Source: a virus
Lineage: Duplodnaviria > Caudoviricetes
Length of the DNA: 64,000 nucleotides
IMG/VR virus record: IMGVR_UViG_2671180089_000001
Span: 32,001-96,000 of that record
Direction: 5' to 3' (one strand)
The number at the start of each line of letters is the position of its first letter. The stretch's first letter is position 1. Both the position numbers and the translations under genes were made by a program. The notes beneath the pieces are model-generated. The model worked only from the letters and a program-made list of their open reading frames with translations. It searched no databases and was not told the DNA's origin. Positions 9,228 to 18,415 of the stretch are shown one piece after another.

Positions 9228-9710
9228 ATGGAACGGACCATCGTGACGATCTCCGACGCCGCCCCCCACAACTGGCCTCCGCGCGCCCTCATGGGGGAGG
9301 GAGGTGCCGCCCTCCTGCTTGGCGTTGAGAACTCCGTCGACTTCGTCATCGGTCCCGACGTCGCGCCGATCGAGGCCATGGAACGCGCTTACGCCACGGC
9401 GGCGCTGCTCCTGCCTCGGCTCCTCAAGGGCGCGCCTTATGCCGACCGGACGGGCGACGAGGTCCAGGCCGTGCTCCAAGAGCTGGTAGACGTGACCGCC
9501 CGGCACTGCGCCGGCGCCGGTCTGGTAGCCCGGATCGCGTATGACGGCGGTGACGTCACGGTGTCGGTCGGGGACATGACCGGCGCGCTGCCTGCGCCCG
9601 AGGTCGAACCGGGGCTGTATCTGGTGTACCGCCTGGCCTCCGACGTGGGTCAGCACGTCGGCGACCATGGCGGCTGGGTCACCTGGGCTTCCGTTCCTTG
9701 TTCACGCTGA
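9228..9710 (+). CDS. degenerate HATPase_c / anti-sigma-factor-like ATP-binding protein
   Basis: LQELVDVTARH (N-box-like), VSVGD, GLYLVYRLA..VG....GGWVTWA resemble small Streptomyces HATPase proteins. Confidence 0.55.
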   Translation: MERTIVTISDAAPHNWPPRALMGEGGAALLLGVENSVDFVIGPDVAPIEAMERAYATAALLLPRLLKGAPYADRTGDEVQAVLQELVDVTARHCAGAGLVARIAYDGGDVTVSVGDMTGALPAPEVEPGLYLVYRLASDVGQHVGDHGGWVTWASVPCSR

Positions 9711-9984
9711 GCAGCCCATCGTGCCCCGGTTAAACCTCAGCCACCGAAAGCCCGCCACGACGCGCCGGTAGGTGAGTGCTTTGGCGCGCGTGGCCAGTTC
9801 AACCCCCTCCGGTATCAGCCACTCCATTACTGCTTCACGGCCTCGGCCACAGACGTCCGGCACGGTCGCATGTGGCCGCGCCACCCACCCCGAGGACCGG
9901 AGCGCTTGCGCGAGGACCGCAGGGCCACCCGTACGGCGGCGCGGTCGACCGCGGGCGCCAGCCTCTTACAGATAGCAGCAGCCC

Positions 9985-10150
9985 TCTGACCTGCGAAAAC
10001 GTGATCGATCTATTCCTCTTGCGTGAATAGATCGTCTGGCAAACAGGGGCGTTGTATTCCGCCTAGCGGCATAGATCGTGTGCGTCAAGGGTATTGCCGC
10101 GACACGCGAATAGAACTCTGCAAAAGTTGCGTCCTGTGCTAAGTTTTGCA
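9985..10150. promoter_or_regulatory. AT-rich region with inverted repeat; candidate origin / rep promoter
   Basis: Visibly lower GC; cgatctattc (10006-10015) / gaatagatcg (10025-10034) IR; third atagatcg at 10071; lies upstream of RepL-like genes. Confidence 0.45.
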
Positions 10151-10179
10151 CTCCCAGGACGGAGGAAGGAGCAGGTCAA

Positions 10180-10728
10180 GTGCCTACACCTGCAAGGCGC
10201 TCAGCAGCAGTAACACCGCCGCTGACGGCCCGGCAGCGTCTTGCCCCCGTACCGCCTTCAGCGCCGTCGGACGACGTGCTGCGCGACATGGTCAAGGCGC
10301 TCGACAAAGTCGCGACCAACGGCGGGCTTATCAGCTCGGATCCGCCGAAGCGGCCGTACCAGTTCGCCAGCGGCCAGCACATCAGTCTCGACACTGACCT
10401 CCAGGCGAACCTTTGGCAGTTTGGTCTGTCGCCCATGGCCCGTGACCTGCTGGACCACATGGCCACCCACCATGACGACCGGGGCGAGTTGCTGACCACG
10501 CAGAAGAAGCTCGCGACGCACTTCGGGTGCTCGCAACCGAAGGTCAGCAAAGCCCTTACTCAACTCGATAAGCTGCATTTTGCCTGGAAGGTTCGCCGGG
10601 GGGTGCTGCAGGTGAACCCCACATACGCTTACCGGTGGGGCAGCAGGAAGCAGCGCGCCCTGATCGCACAACTCGGAGCGAAGTTCCTCCGGGAGCGCAC
10701 CATCGTGATTCCAGAGGCCGGGAGGTAG
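10180..10728 (+). CDS. RepL-like winged-helix replication/maintenance protein
   Basis: TQKKLATHFGCSQPKVSKALTQL HTH followed by LQVNPTYAYR. Confidence 0.65.
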   Translation: MPTPARRSAAVTPPLTARQRLAPVPPSAPSDDVLRDMVKALDKVATNGGLISSDPPKRPYQFASGQHISLDTDLQANLWQFGLSPMARDLLDHMATHHDDRGELLTTQKKLATHFGCSQPKVSKALTQLDKLHFAWKVRRGVLQVNPTYAYRWGSRKQRALIAQLGAKFLRERTIVIPEAGR

Positions 10729-10730
10729 TT

Positions 10731-11195
10731 GTGAGCACCGCGCTTGTCCGCAACCCCGATATGTTCGAGCGACTGCCTGACGCGAGTCTGGGCAAGACAG
10801 CCCGGGATGTCTTCGACATCCTCCAGGCTCGCCAGGAGCCGGCTGGCCTCGTCCGCATCTCACAGAAGCAGATCGCGGAGCGCCTGGGCATCACAGTGCC
10901 GTCAGTCTCCCGTGCCATAGGAGAGCTCAAGGACCGCGGGCTCGTCCACCCCCGGACCGTGCACGGCAAGGTCCAGATTCACCCACTGTTCGCGGCGTAC
11001 GAGTCGATGGCGCACATGGTGAACCATCTCAAGGAGGAGGGGACGCACCTATGGCCCCTGACCTTCCCCGGCAGGATGGTGCAGCTTCCGTCTGGAAATG
11101 ACCCGCGCGCGGGCACGTCCTTCGATCCGGACCCAGATGGAGGGGAGCCGGCGCCGCTGCCCGACGCAAAGCCTCCCCTGCGAATCGCAAGCTGA
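10731..11195 (+). CDS. winged-helix DNA-binding protein, paralogous to the upstream RepL-like gene
   Basis: SQKQIAERLGITVPSVSRAIGELKDRGLV...QIHPLFA; GGAGG RBS. Confidence 0.75.
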   Translation: MSTALVRNPDMFERLPDASLGKTARDVFDILQARQEPAGLVRISQKQIAERLGITVPSVSRAIGELKDRGLVHPRTVHGKVQIHPLFAAYESMAHMVNHLKEEGTHLWPLTFPGRMVQLPSGNDPRAGTSFDPDPDGGEPAPLPDAKPPLRIAS

Positions 11196-11213
11196 CCGGT
11201 CCGCACTTGTAGA

Positions 11214-11245
11214 AGGGGCGTCAACCTGGCCCGGTTGACGCCCCT
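11214..11245. terminator. stem-loop terminator
   Basis: aggggcgtcaac / gttgacgcccct 12-bp stem between convergent genes. Confidence 0.75.
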
Positions 11246-11334
11246 CTTAGCTACCCTGATTCCTCGCCGGAGCCAGGTACTGCTTGGTCCCGAGAATACA
11301 GGCTCCGGACCAGGCCCGGGCCGCCGTCACCTCG

Positions 11335-11856
11335 TCAGCCGGGTCGGCGCAGCCTGCTCGCCGTGCCGGCGACGGTCTCGGCGTCGTCCCGGTTCTCGTA
11401 CCAGGAGACCGGCAAGTTGTGTTCCTCGGTGTCGACGACGGCGAACGGCTGCAGGCGGCCGTGCAGGACGACGTTGTCGTAGGGCCGGTACTCGACGCCG
11501 AAGCGTTCGGCCGGCTCGCCGTCGCGGCCGCCGAGGTTCGCCAGGCGCTCGAGGATCCGGGACACGTCCACCCCGGTCGGCGAAGTGGGGCGCGGGCGCC
11601 GACGCCCCGGGGGTTCCGGCAGGTCGTCGGGTTTGACCCCCAGGTCCTGCAGGGCCTGGGGGAGGTAGCCCAGGTGCCGGGCGACGATGTAGTCGTTCTG
11701 CTCCTGGAGCGTCCCGAGCTCGCGGTTGCCCAGGCGGACGTAGAGGGCGAGCAGCTCCTCGAGGGCCGCGGCCGCGGCACGCTCGTCGCGTCCGGCACGA
11801 GCCGTACGGATCTGCTCGGTCAGCGGGCCGGCGACAGCGGCGAACGAGTCAGACAC
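11335..11856 (-). CDS. hypothetical protein
   Basis: GGAG RBS before GTG; 173 aa. Confidence 0.7.
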   Translation of the reverse strand: MSDSFAAVAGPLTEQIRTARAGRDERAAAAALEELLALYVRLGNRELGTLQEQNDYIVARHLGYLPQALQDLGVKPDDLPEPPGRRRPRPTSPTGVDVSRILERLANLGGRDGEPAERFGVEYRPYDNVVLHGRLQPFAVVDTEEHNLPVSWYENRDDAETVAGTASRLRRPG

Positions 11857-11921
11857 GAAGTGGCTCCTACCCACGTCGGGAGGTACGGACGCGCCACGCT
11901 ACTACCCACCCCGATGGTTCC

Positions 11922-12029
11922 GGATAACGGGCCAGGGCGCCCCCCTCTCCTAGGTGCTTTTCGCGCGCGCAGCCCACGCGCCTCGCGGCGCGGCTGGCAA
12001 GGAGGGAGGGGCGCCCTGGCCCGTTATCC
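11922..12029. repeat. long inverted repeat / structured intergenic element
   Basis: 22-bp perfect arms ggataacgggccagggcgcccc / ggggcgccctggcccgttatcc enclosing a further hairpin. Confidence 0.75.
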
Positions 12030-12039
12030 AATTGATCAG

Positions 12040-12312
12040 TCAGGCGAGGGTCGCGGCCGGCGTGCGCAGCTCCTCGACGACCCGCATCACGTAGAACCCG
12101 AGCCGATCGGGCTCCCGTCTCGTACGCAGGAGACCACGGCGCCGGCCGGTGCGGATGACCAGCCGCAACGTTTCACGAGGTAGCCCCACGTCTTCCACAT
12201 GCGCAGCCGCAGCCGCGGCCGGGATCCACTCCTCGTACGGGAATCTCATCAGGGCCGCGTAGAAGTTGACCGTGTCGGCGGCCGCAGGCGCGGGCGAGGC
12301 GTGCGAGGACAT
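12040..12312 (-). CDS. hypothetical protein (possible small winged helix)
   Basis: AAGGAG RBS, 90 aa. Confidence 0.65.
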   Translation of the reverse strand: MSSHASPAPAAADTVNFYAALMRFPYEEWIPAAAAAAHVEDVGLPRETLRLVIRTGRRRGLLRTRREPDRLGFYVMRVVEELRTPAATLA

Positions 12313-12562
12313 CGCGGGGTGCTCCTTCTCTTCGGGTTGGGCGCCCGCCGAGTTGCTCTCCCGACGCTCGCCTGCAAGGCGGAGATTACAGTAAGCCCAG
12401 GGAAATCTGCCATGGGGCCTCCGACCGGTGACTGGTACAACTTGGCCGGTTATGCTTCCCTCGCGCCACGCGGAAGACGATCCTCCTTTTCCCCGGTTGG
12501 GGGTTCTGGTCCATCGGGCCCGCCAGGGGGCGCTCAGACGGCATATGGGGGGACATCACGCC

Positions 12563-13243
12563 GTGACGGACAGCATCGCAAGCATTGACCAGCTCATCGC
12601 ACGAGCAGCCGCCGGTGGCTCAGACGCGCCGGAGGCCATGAGCGCCTTCTACGCGCGTCTCAACACCACGGTCTACAACTGGGTCCGCCAGTACGTGCGC
12701 GACCCGCACAAGGCCGAGGACCTCGCGCAAGAAGTTTGGATCAAAGTGGCTCAAAACGTGGGCCGTTACCGCCCGGGGACGAACCTCCTGGGCTGGCTGA
12801 TGACCATCACGCGGAACACCGCGGTCGACCACCTGCGCAAGGAACAGCGTCGCCCCACCGAAGTGCTCCAGCCTGATCACCTGCAGCTCGACCGGCCGCG
12901 GCCGGGCCTCTCCGTTCACGAGCAGACCGAGCGCCGGCAGCTCGCGACGGCCATGGTCCAGCGGATGAACGAGCTCAAGCCCGATCAGCGCACTTGCCTG
13001 CGGCTGCGTTTCTACGACGGCCTCAGTCCGGCGCATACTGCGGAGCTCATGGGCAAGACTGAGGGCGCGGTGCGCACCCTGACGGTACGGTCGTTGCGAC
13101 GGCTGGCCCAGGTGCTCCCGGAAGGGGACTCTTCCGCCGATCTGGTGGAGGAGCTGTTGAAGCTCGCGGCAGGCAGAGGAAAAGTTCACGGTGTTCGGGT
13201 CCAGACTTCACAGGAGAGGGCGCCCCATGTTGCAACGCGCTGA
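12563..13243 (+). CDS. ECF RNA polymerase sigma factor, BldN-like
   Basis: Region 2 AEDLAQEVW...GWLMTITRN; region 4 LKPDQRTCLRLRFYDGLS...TAELMGKTEGAVRTLTVRSLRRLAQVLP. Confidence 0.9.
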   Translation: MTDSIASIDQLIARAAAGGSDAPEAMSAFYARLNTTVYNWVRQYVRDPHKAEDLAQEVWIKVAQNVGRYRPGTNLLGWLMTITRNTAVDHLRKEQRRPTEVLQPDHLQLDRPRPGLSVHEQTERRQLATAMVQRMNELKPDQRTCLRLRFYDGLSPAHTAELMGKTEGAVRTLTVRSLRRLAQVLPEGDSSADLVEELLKLAAGRGKVHGVRVQTSQERAPHVATR

Positions 13244-13616
13244 CAGGGGAGCGGAGCGCCTCGAGCGTGCGCTCGAGGGCGGCCCGATCCCACACGACTC
13301 CGACACCCGCCGCGCCCTGGCGGCCGCAGGCGGCCTGACGCCGGGCCACGGGCGCAACCCTGCCCGCGTCCAGCAGACGCACGACGTGATGATGGCGGCC
13401 TTCATGCGGACCTTGAATCCGTCTGAGGCCCGCGACGACGCCGGCACCGACGACGGCCTGGAGGAGATGGAGCTCCACCGCACGGAAATCACGCTCCCCG
13501 ACGGCGGCCAGCTCGTGGTGTCCGACCTCGAGCAAATCACCCCCGAGCGGCTGGAAGAGGCCGCGCAGATGGCCGCCGAGATACTCGCGCGTAGGGCGAA
13601 GGACCACCACAGTTGA
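13227..13616 (+). CDS. putative anti-sigma factor (resembles the RsbN N-terminal domain)
   Basis: Overlaps the sigma gene; AGGAG RBS; helical N-terminus RGAERLERALE...RALAAAGGL. Confidence 0.5.
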   Translation: MLQRADRGAERLERALEGGPIPHDSDTRRALAAAGGLTPGHGRNPARVQQTHDVMMAAFMRTLNPSEARDDAGTDDGLEEMELHRTEITLPDGGQLVVSDLEQITPERLEEAAQMAAEILARRAKDHHS

Positions 13617-15175
13617 GCAGCCCTACCGACAAGCTCGACATCGTCGTGGGGGAATTCCCCACCGATGCGATGCTGTGCAATCTCAACGGCGTGCGCACCC
13701 TGTTCCTGGGGGTGGACCAGACGTTCGGCCGGGCCGTGAGCAACGTGCGCAACGTACTGCCGGGCATCACCGTCGAGGCCGCCGAACGGATGGTTCGCGA
13801 GCAGGCCCCGGAGCTACGGGACTTCGACGAGCTGCTCGGGCGGACCGATCCCGTCCCGCCCAGCGTTGAGGGGCCCGCCGCCGCCCTGGTGGACGACGCC
13901 GTCAGGGAGCAGCTCCCGCGCGGTGCCGCCAAGCGTCGCCGGAGGGCTGTCCTCGTCGCCGCGCTGCTGCCCGCCCTCGCTGCAAGCTGGGCGGTAGGCC
14001 GGTACACGAACATCGACGACGCCACATCGACGACCGCAGCCAGCGCGCCGGACGCCTCACCGAGTCTGGCTGATGCCGACGTGGTGAAGGCACCCTTCGC
14101 CGACCCCCAATTCAAGTGGTTCAGCGGGTCGAGCGAGATCGTGTGCGACCCGATAAACGCACTTGAGGCGGAGTGCACCGACTCCGACGGCATAGTGATG
14201 GCGACGAAGGCCGCGACCGGTCCGGACTCGACGATCTTCACGTTCTCGTACGGCAGCGAACGCATCGGCCTGCGGATCTTCTACGACGCCAAGTACGCGG
14301 CAACCTGGGCTAAGCAAGACGGCTCCCGAGAGCTGTACCCGAACATGCGGACCCACGACCGGTACATCCTGTGGGGCACGGACCCCGACCGGATCAGGGA
14401 GTACAACGACCTCCTGGAGGACGCGGACAAGACGTCCGGGCCGACCGCGATGGGCGGCGCCACGCCGCTGCCGCCGCGGCTGGCCGCGCTCACGCTGGGC
14501 ACGCTCGGACTGGACGACCACGAGGTGACGCAGATCATCGCCGCCCCCCAGGCGGCGCCGACTGACACTCCCACCCTGCTCGCCGCCCGCCTGGTGCTGG
14601 GTCTGGACAGCACACCCACCTGGCCCGAGCCGGGCGACGACGACATCGTGGCACTCGCGGCCGGGATCGAGCCGAACCCGCCGACCACGTCTCCCTCCGG
14701 AGGCGGCACGTCCATGGTGGTGCCGGTCGTCGAGCCGGACGTATCCGTCACGCCCACGGCGTCGGCGGGCGGTTCGGAAACGGACACCACGCCTTCCGGC
14801 GGAGGGACAGGGACGTCCCCGACGTCGCCTCCGGTGACCGATCCGACGCCGAACGATCCCGAGCCGTCCACCCCCACCACGCCGACTCCACCCCCGGTGA
14901 CGGACCCGACGCCGAGTGGCCCCAAGACGACGCCTCCGGTGACGGACCCGACGCCGAGTGTTCCCAAGCCGACACCGCCGGCCACCGAGCAGCCGCCGCC
15001 GGCCGAGGAGACTCCGCCGCCCGTGGAGGAGACTCCGCCGCCTGTCGAAACCCCGGCGCCGCCAGTGGAGGAGACTCCGCCCACGGGGCAGGACGGAACC
15101 ATTCCGGCCGGGCCGGAGGAGAGCGGGGACGACCTGCTGATCCTGGACTCAGCCTGGACCGTCTCAGCCGCATGA
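13613..15175 (+). CDS. single-pass membrane protein with Pro/Thr-rich C-terminal repeats
   Basis: KRRRRAVLVAALLPALAASWAV TM segment; PPVTDPTP and PPVEETP repeats; start overlaps the upstream stop. Confidence 0.8.
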   Translation: MSSPTDKLDIVVGEFPTDAMLCNLNGVRTLFLGVDQTFGRAVSNVRNVLPGITVEAAERMVREQAPELRDFDELLGRTDPVPPSVEGPAAALVDDAVREQLPRGAAKRRRRAVLVAALLPALAASWAVGRYTNIDDATSTTAASAPDASPSLADADVVKAPFADPQFKWFSGSSEIVCDPINALEAECTDSDGIVMATKAATGPDSTIFTFSYGSERIGLRIFYDAKYAATWAKQDGSRELYPNMRTHDRYILWGTDPDRIREYNDLLEDADKTSGPTAMGGATPLPPRLAALTLGTLGLDDHEVTQIIAAPQAAPTDTPTLLAARLVLGLDSTPTWPEPGDDDIVALAAGIEPNPPTTSPSGGGTSMVVPVVEPDVSVTPTASAGGSETDTTPSGGGTGTSPTSPPVTDPTPNDPEPSTPTTPTPPPVTDPTPSGPKTTPPVTDPTPSVPKPTPPATEQPPPAEETPPPVEETPPPVETPAPPVEETPPTGQDGTIPAGPEESGDDLLILDSAWTVSAA

Positions 15176-15180
15176 GACAA

Positions 15181-15216
15181 GCGAAGGGCCCCGGACATCA
15201 GTCCGGGGCCCTTCGC
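15181..15216. terminator. bidirectional terminator
   Basis: 16-bp perfect stem gcgaagggccccggac / gtccggggcccttcgc between convergent genes. Confidence 0.85.
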
Positions 15217-15226
15217 GTGCCTGGTG

Positions 15227-15676
15227 TCAGAACGGCGGCTCTTGGGTCGCCCACGGATCGTCGACGGTCGGCCCCTGTGCGGCGGCCGCGGCCGGGCGCT
15301 GCCCACCGCCGCCCGTCGTCTTGGTGACCCGGGCCGTGGCGTTGCGCAGGCTCGGGCCGACCTCCTCAACGTCGAGTTCGTACACGGTGCGCTTGACGCC
15401 CTCACGGTCCTCGTAGGAGCGCTGCTTGAGGCGCCCCTGGACGATGACCCGCATGCCCCGCTGGAGGGACTCGGCCACGTTCTCGGCCGCCTGCCGCCAG
15501 ACCGAGCAGGTGAGGAACAGGCCTTCGCCGTCCTTCCATTCGTTGGTCTGCCGGTCGAAGGTGCGCGGGGTCGAGGCGACGCGGAACTTGGCCACCGCGG
15601 CGCCGGAGGGAGTGAAGCGGAGTTCGGGGTCGTCAACCAGGTTGCCTACGACGGTGATAACGGTCTCGCCTGCCAC
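15227..15676 (-). CDS. ssb: single-stranded DNA-binding protein
   Basis: [38 protein letters not shown] ... DDPW..EPPF, actinobacterial SSB. Confidence 0.97.
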   Translation of the reverse strand: MAGETVITVVGNLVDDPELRFTPSGAAVAKFRVASTPRTFDRQTNEWKDGEGLFLTCSVWRQAAENVAESLQRGMRVIVQGRLKQRSYEDREGVKRTVYELDVEEVGPSLRNATARVTKTTGGGGQRPAAAAAQGPTVDDPWATQEPPF

Positions 15677-15734
15677 GGACGGGCCTTTCGAGAATCGGGG
15701 GCCGGCCCGCGGGCGCGGGCCAGCCGGGAAGGGG

Positions 15735-16787
15735 TCAGGAAAACAGGAGCTTCCAGGTCAGCGGGCCGGGGATGCCGTCGGCGTCGCCCTTGAGGGAGGC
15801 ATGCGCGAGCTGGAAGTCGCGGACGTTCTTCCGATCCGAGTCCGACCACTTCGGCCCCGGGCCCGAGGTGTAGTGCTTGCCGTAGCCCTTCCGGACGAGC
15901 TGCTGTCCGAGCAGGGTGATGGACGCATTGCTCTTGCCAGGGCCGAACTTGCCGACGCCGGGGAACGGCGGGGCCGGCTTCGCCGTGACCTTGCCCGGCA
16001 GGGTGCCCAGAAGCTCCTTGAGGGAGGTCACGCCCGGGACGCCATCCGCGTCCGCACCGCTGTAGCCGAGGGACTCCTGATAGTCCTGGTAGTTCCTCGT
16101 GTCCGCGTCAGTCCACGTCGGACCCGGGCCCGACGTGTAGTGCTTGCCGAACCCCTTCTTCACCAGGGCCCGGCCGACCTTGGTTACGTGGTCGCCCTTG
16201 GCGCCGTAGCCGTACGTCAGGTCGCTGATGGTGACCTGGGCACGGGAGACCTCGGAGCCGCCACTCGGAAGGGAGCCGCCCGGGTTCGGGGCCGCCTCGT
16301 AGTTCCCGGCCGGCATGCCCGCCTTGACCCAGGCGTACAGCTTGGTGCCGGGGCAGGCGGTCGCGAAGCCGTCCCGGTGGCCGCGCTTGGCCAGGGTGCG
16401 GCCGGTCTTCTTGCCTGCCTCCTCGTACAGCGCGCGGCATGCGGCCAGGGCCTTCGCGCTGGGCTCCTGGTCGCCGCCGATGGCGAACTGGACGCCGATG
16501 CCAGTGGTGTTGTGGTCGGGACAGTGGGCGCCCTGCAGGCCCCAGCCACGGCCCTCGTAGATGTTGCCGGCCTGGTCGATGACGAAGTTGTAGCCGACGC
16601 CGCTCCAGCCGTTGCCCAGGTGCTCCGCCTCGATGGCGCGCATGATCGCGTACCCGGTGCGGGTGATGTGGTGGGCTCCGTCGTAGTGGACGTAGAACTC
16701 GGTGCGCTTGGACAGCGGGACGGATGCCGGGGTGCCGTTCCACGGCTTCGCGCCCCAGGTGGCGCGGGAGATGATCTTTAGAGTCAT
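15735..16787 (-). CDS. endolysin: PGRP/Amidase_2 N-acetylmuramoyl-L-alanine amidase with two cell-wall-binding repeats
   Basis: [24 protein letters not shown]...GAH, GHRD...TACPG; two [10 protein letters not shown] repeats. Confidence 0.93.
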   Translation of the reverse strand: MTLKIISRATWGAKPWNGTPASVPLSKRTEFYVHYDGAHHITRTGYAIMRAIEAEHLGNGWSGVGYNFVIDQAGNIYEGRGWGLQGAHCPDHNTTGIGVQFAIGGDQEPSAKALAACRALYEEAGKKTGRTLAKRGHRDGFATACPGTKLYAWVKAGMPAGNYEAAPNPGGSLPSGGSEVSRAQVTISDLTYGYGAKGDHVTKVGRALVKKGFGKHYTSGPGPTWTDADTRNYQDYQESLGYSGADADGVPGVTSLKELLGTLPGKVTAKPAPPFPGVGKFGPGKSNASITLLGQQLVRKGYGKHYTSGPGPKWSDSDRKNVRDFQLAHASLKGDADGIPGPLTWKLLFS

Positions 16788-16823
16788 GGGGTGGTGCCCT
16801 CCACTTGTTGATCGGTGGAGGGC

Positions 16824-16852
16824 ACCGTGCAGGGCGCGGCCGGTTAACGTCG
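16824..16852 (-). promoter_or_regulatory. late promoter motif (endolysin)
   Basis: CGACGTTA-N15-CACGGT. Confidence 0.7.
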
Positions 16853-16868
16853 CGCGCTGCCGGGAGGA

Positions 16869-17513
16869 CTACTCGTCGACGACCTCGGCGTCGACGACGG
16901 AGCCGTCCTCGAGCTCCGGCGGGTACTCAACAGAGAACAGGCTGCGGTCCAGGCGCTCGGCGAGCGCGGACAGGTCAACGGCCTGATCGTCGGGGCCGGC
17001 GGCGAGGTCGCCCAGGCCGGTGATCTCGACGGCCACGATCGCGTCCTTGCCGTAGTGCTCGCGGTGCTGCCGCTCCAGGTACCAGGCATCGGCGCGCCAG
17101 TCGGGCGACGTGCGGTCCTCCACCGTCTCCTCGACGATCTCGCCGGTCACGGAGTCGCGGAACTTCCTGGTGGTGACCTTGGTGACGATGCCGCCGTCAG
17201 CGACCCGCCGGATGTTCATCATGGCGCGCGCGGCCGCCGTGGCGCGGGCGGTGCGGACCTTCTCGTACAGGGCCGCGTACTCCTCCTCGGCCGGGTCCGG
17301 CTTCTCGCCTGCCTCACGGGCCTCGACCTCGACGCGGCCGCGGGCCATCCACGCCAGGAAGCTCGAACGGGAAACCCCGGCCATCTCGGCGGCCAGCTCG
17401 ACGGCAACGCCGGTACGCGACGCGCCGACGAGGCGCGCCTCGACGTCGTCGGAGAGCAGGCGTGGCCGACCGCTGCGACCTTCGGGCCGGCGTGCCTTGC
17501 GTCGGATGGACAT
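16869..17513 (-). CDS. probable terminase small subunit (HTH)
   Basis: GRPRLL...AAEMAGVSRSSFLAWM...DWRADAWYLER pattern typical of phage TerS-like proteins. Confidence 0.6.
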   Translation of the reverse strand: MSIRRKARRPEGRSGRPRLLSDDVEARLVGASRTGVAVELAAEMAGVSRSSFLAWMARGRVEVEAREAGEKPDPAEEEYAALYEKVRTARATAAARAMMNIRRVADGGIVTKVTTRKFRDSVTGEIVEETVEDRTSPDWRADAWYLERQHREHYGKDAIVAVEITGLGDLAAGPDDQAVDLSALAERLDRSLFSVEYPPELEDGSVVDAEVVDE

Positions 17514-17533
17514 GGTGTTCCTCGGAGGACGGG

Positions 17534-18169
17534 TCAGCGGCTGGACGTGAACATGTGCCCGCAGGCCGGGCAGGTGGCGTGCGGGGAGCGGCCCTCGTCG
17601 TCGGGGCTGAGGTCGCCGTCGCGTTCGCCGTCGTCGGGAAGGTGCAGCAGGGGCGTCTCGTCCTCGCGGCCGCCGCCGGGCAGGGTCTCGGGGTCGACCT
17701 GGCCGAGCAGCTTGTCGATCTCGTCGTGGGGGATGGCCAGGGAATCGAACAGCTCCGCGTCGCCGGTGGCCAGGTCCTCGAGGACCTCGGCAAGCTCGCG
17801 CGGATCCCATCCGCCCTCGCCGGGGAGCCGGTTGAGCTTGATGGCCAGGGCCTCGGCCTCGGCGTCGTTCTTCGAGGACCAGCCGCGCAGTACGGGGACA
17901 AGCCAGCCGCCGTCCTCGTCGATGACGATGCCGCTGGGTGCGCGCATCCCGCGGGACTGCATCTCGATCAGGGACTCACGGCGGCCGTGGCCGTGGAGAG
18001 TCTTCCGGGTGCGCTCGTCGACGACCGGGATCTCCACCAGGCCGTGCATGTCGATCGACGCGATCATGAGCTCGAGCTCGTGCCGCTTCGGGTTTCGGTC
18101 CGCCGGCATCAGGTCGGTCAGCGGCACGTAGGCGATGAAGCGCGGCGGCCTGGCGATCGTCTCGGTCAC
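17534..18169 (-). CDS. ParB/Srx N-terminal-domain protein with C-terminal zinc ribbon
   Basis: RNPKRH...IASIDMHG...PVVDE....LHGHGRRES; CPACGH. Confidence 0.8.
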   Translation of the reverse strand: MTETIARPPRFIAYVPLTDLMPADRNPKRHELELMIASIDMHGLVEIPVVDERTRKTLHGHGRRESLIEMQSRGMRAPSGIVIDEDGGWLVPVLRGWSSKNDAEAEALAIKLNRLPGEGGWDPRELAEVLEDLATGDAELFDSLAIPHDEIDKLLGQVDPETLPGGGREDETPLLHLPDDGERDGDLSPDDEGRSPHATCPACGHMFTSSR

Positions 18170-18220
18170 GGCTGGTGCGGTCCTCTCCCATGCGTCGATG
18201 TCCCGACGGCGGGGGAGGGC

Positions 18221-18296
18221 TGCGAGCCCGCGGACTTCAACCGCGGCGCCCCGCCTCGCAAGCAGGGCGATGCCGTCATGGCCGACCCCCACCCGC
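18221..18296 (-). ncRNA. tRNA-like structured element (degenerate)
   Basis: 5-bp stem with 7-nt loop CCTGC-TTGCGAG-GCGGG, 4-nt linker, 5-bp stem with 7-nt loop CGCGG-TTGAAGT-CCGCG; weak acceptor and D arms. Confidence 0.35.
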
Positions 18297-18387
18297 CACC
18301 GGGCCGCCTCCGCCCTCGTTCCGGTTGGGGCGGAGCCGGGGCCCCGCCGCTACCGGTGACGTCGCCGGGCGCTGCAGAACCGCGAGG

Positions 18388-18415
18388 AACGTAGAGGGGC
18401 GCGCCGCTTGTGTCG
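18388..18415 (-). promoter_or_regulatory. late promoter motif
   Basis: CGACACAA-N14-TACGTT. Confidence 0.6.

Noticed and set aside
9985-10000. TGACCTGC motif, also near 49216
   Set aside because: Too short and too few copies to support a function from this window alone.
12563-13243. The element's ECF sigma as the reader of the late promoter motif
   Set aside because: The NANNNT -10 looks like a housekeeping-sigma element rather than an ECF-type one; not excluded, but unsupported.
14830-15085. Tandem DNA repeats resembling an array
   Set aside because: They are in-frame Pro/Thr-rich coding repeats without unique spacers; not CRISPR. No cas genes or array were seen in the window.
18221-18296. 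Canonical tRNA-Arg gene
   Set aside because: D arm and acceptor stem are not canonical, the T loop lacks TTC and there is no CCA; kept only as a tRNA-like candidate.
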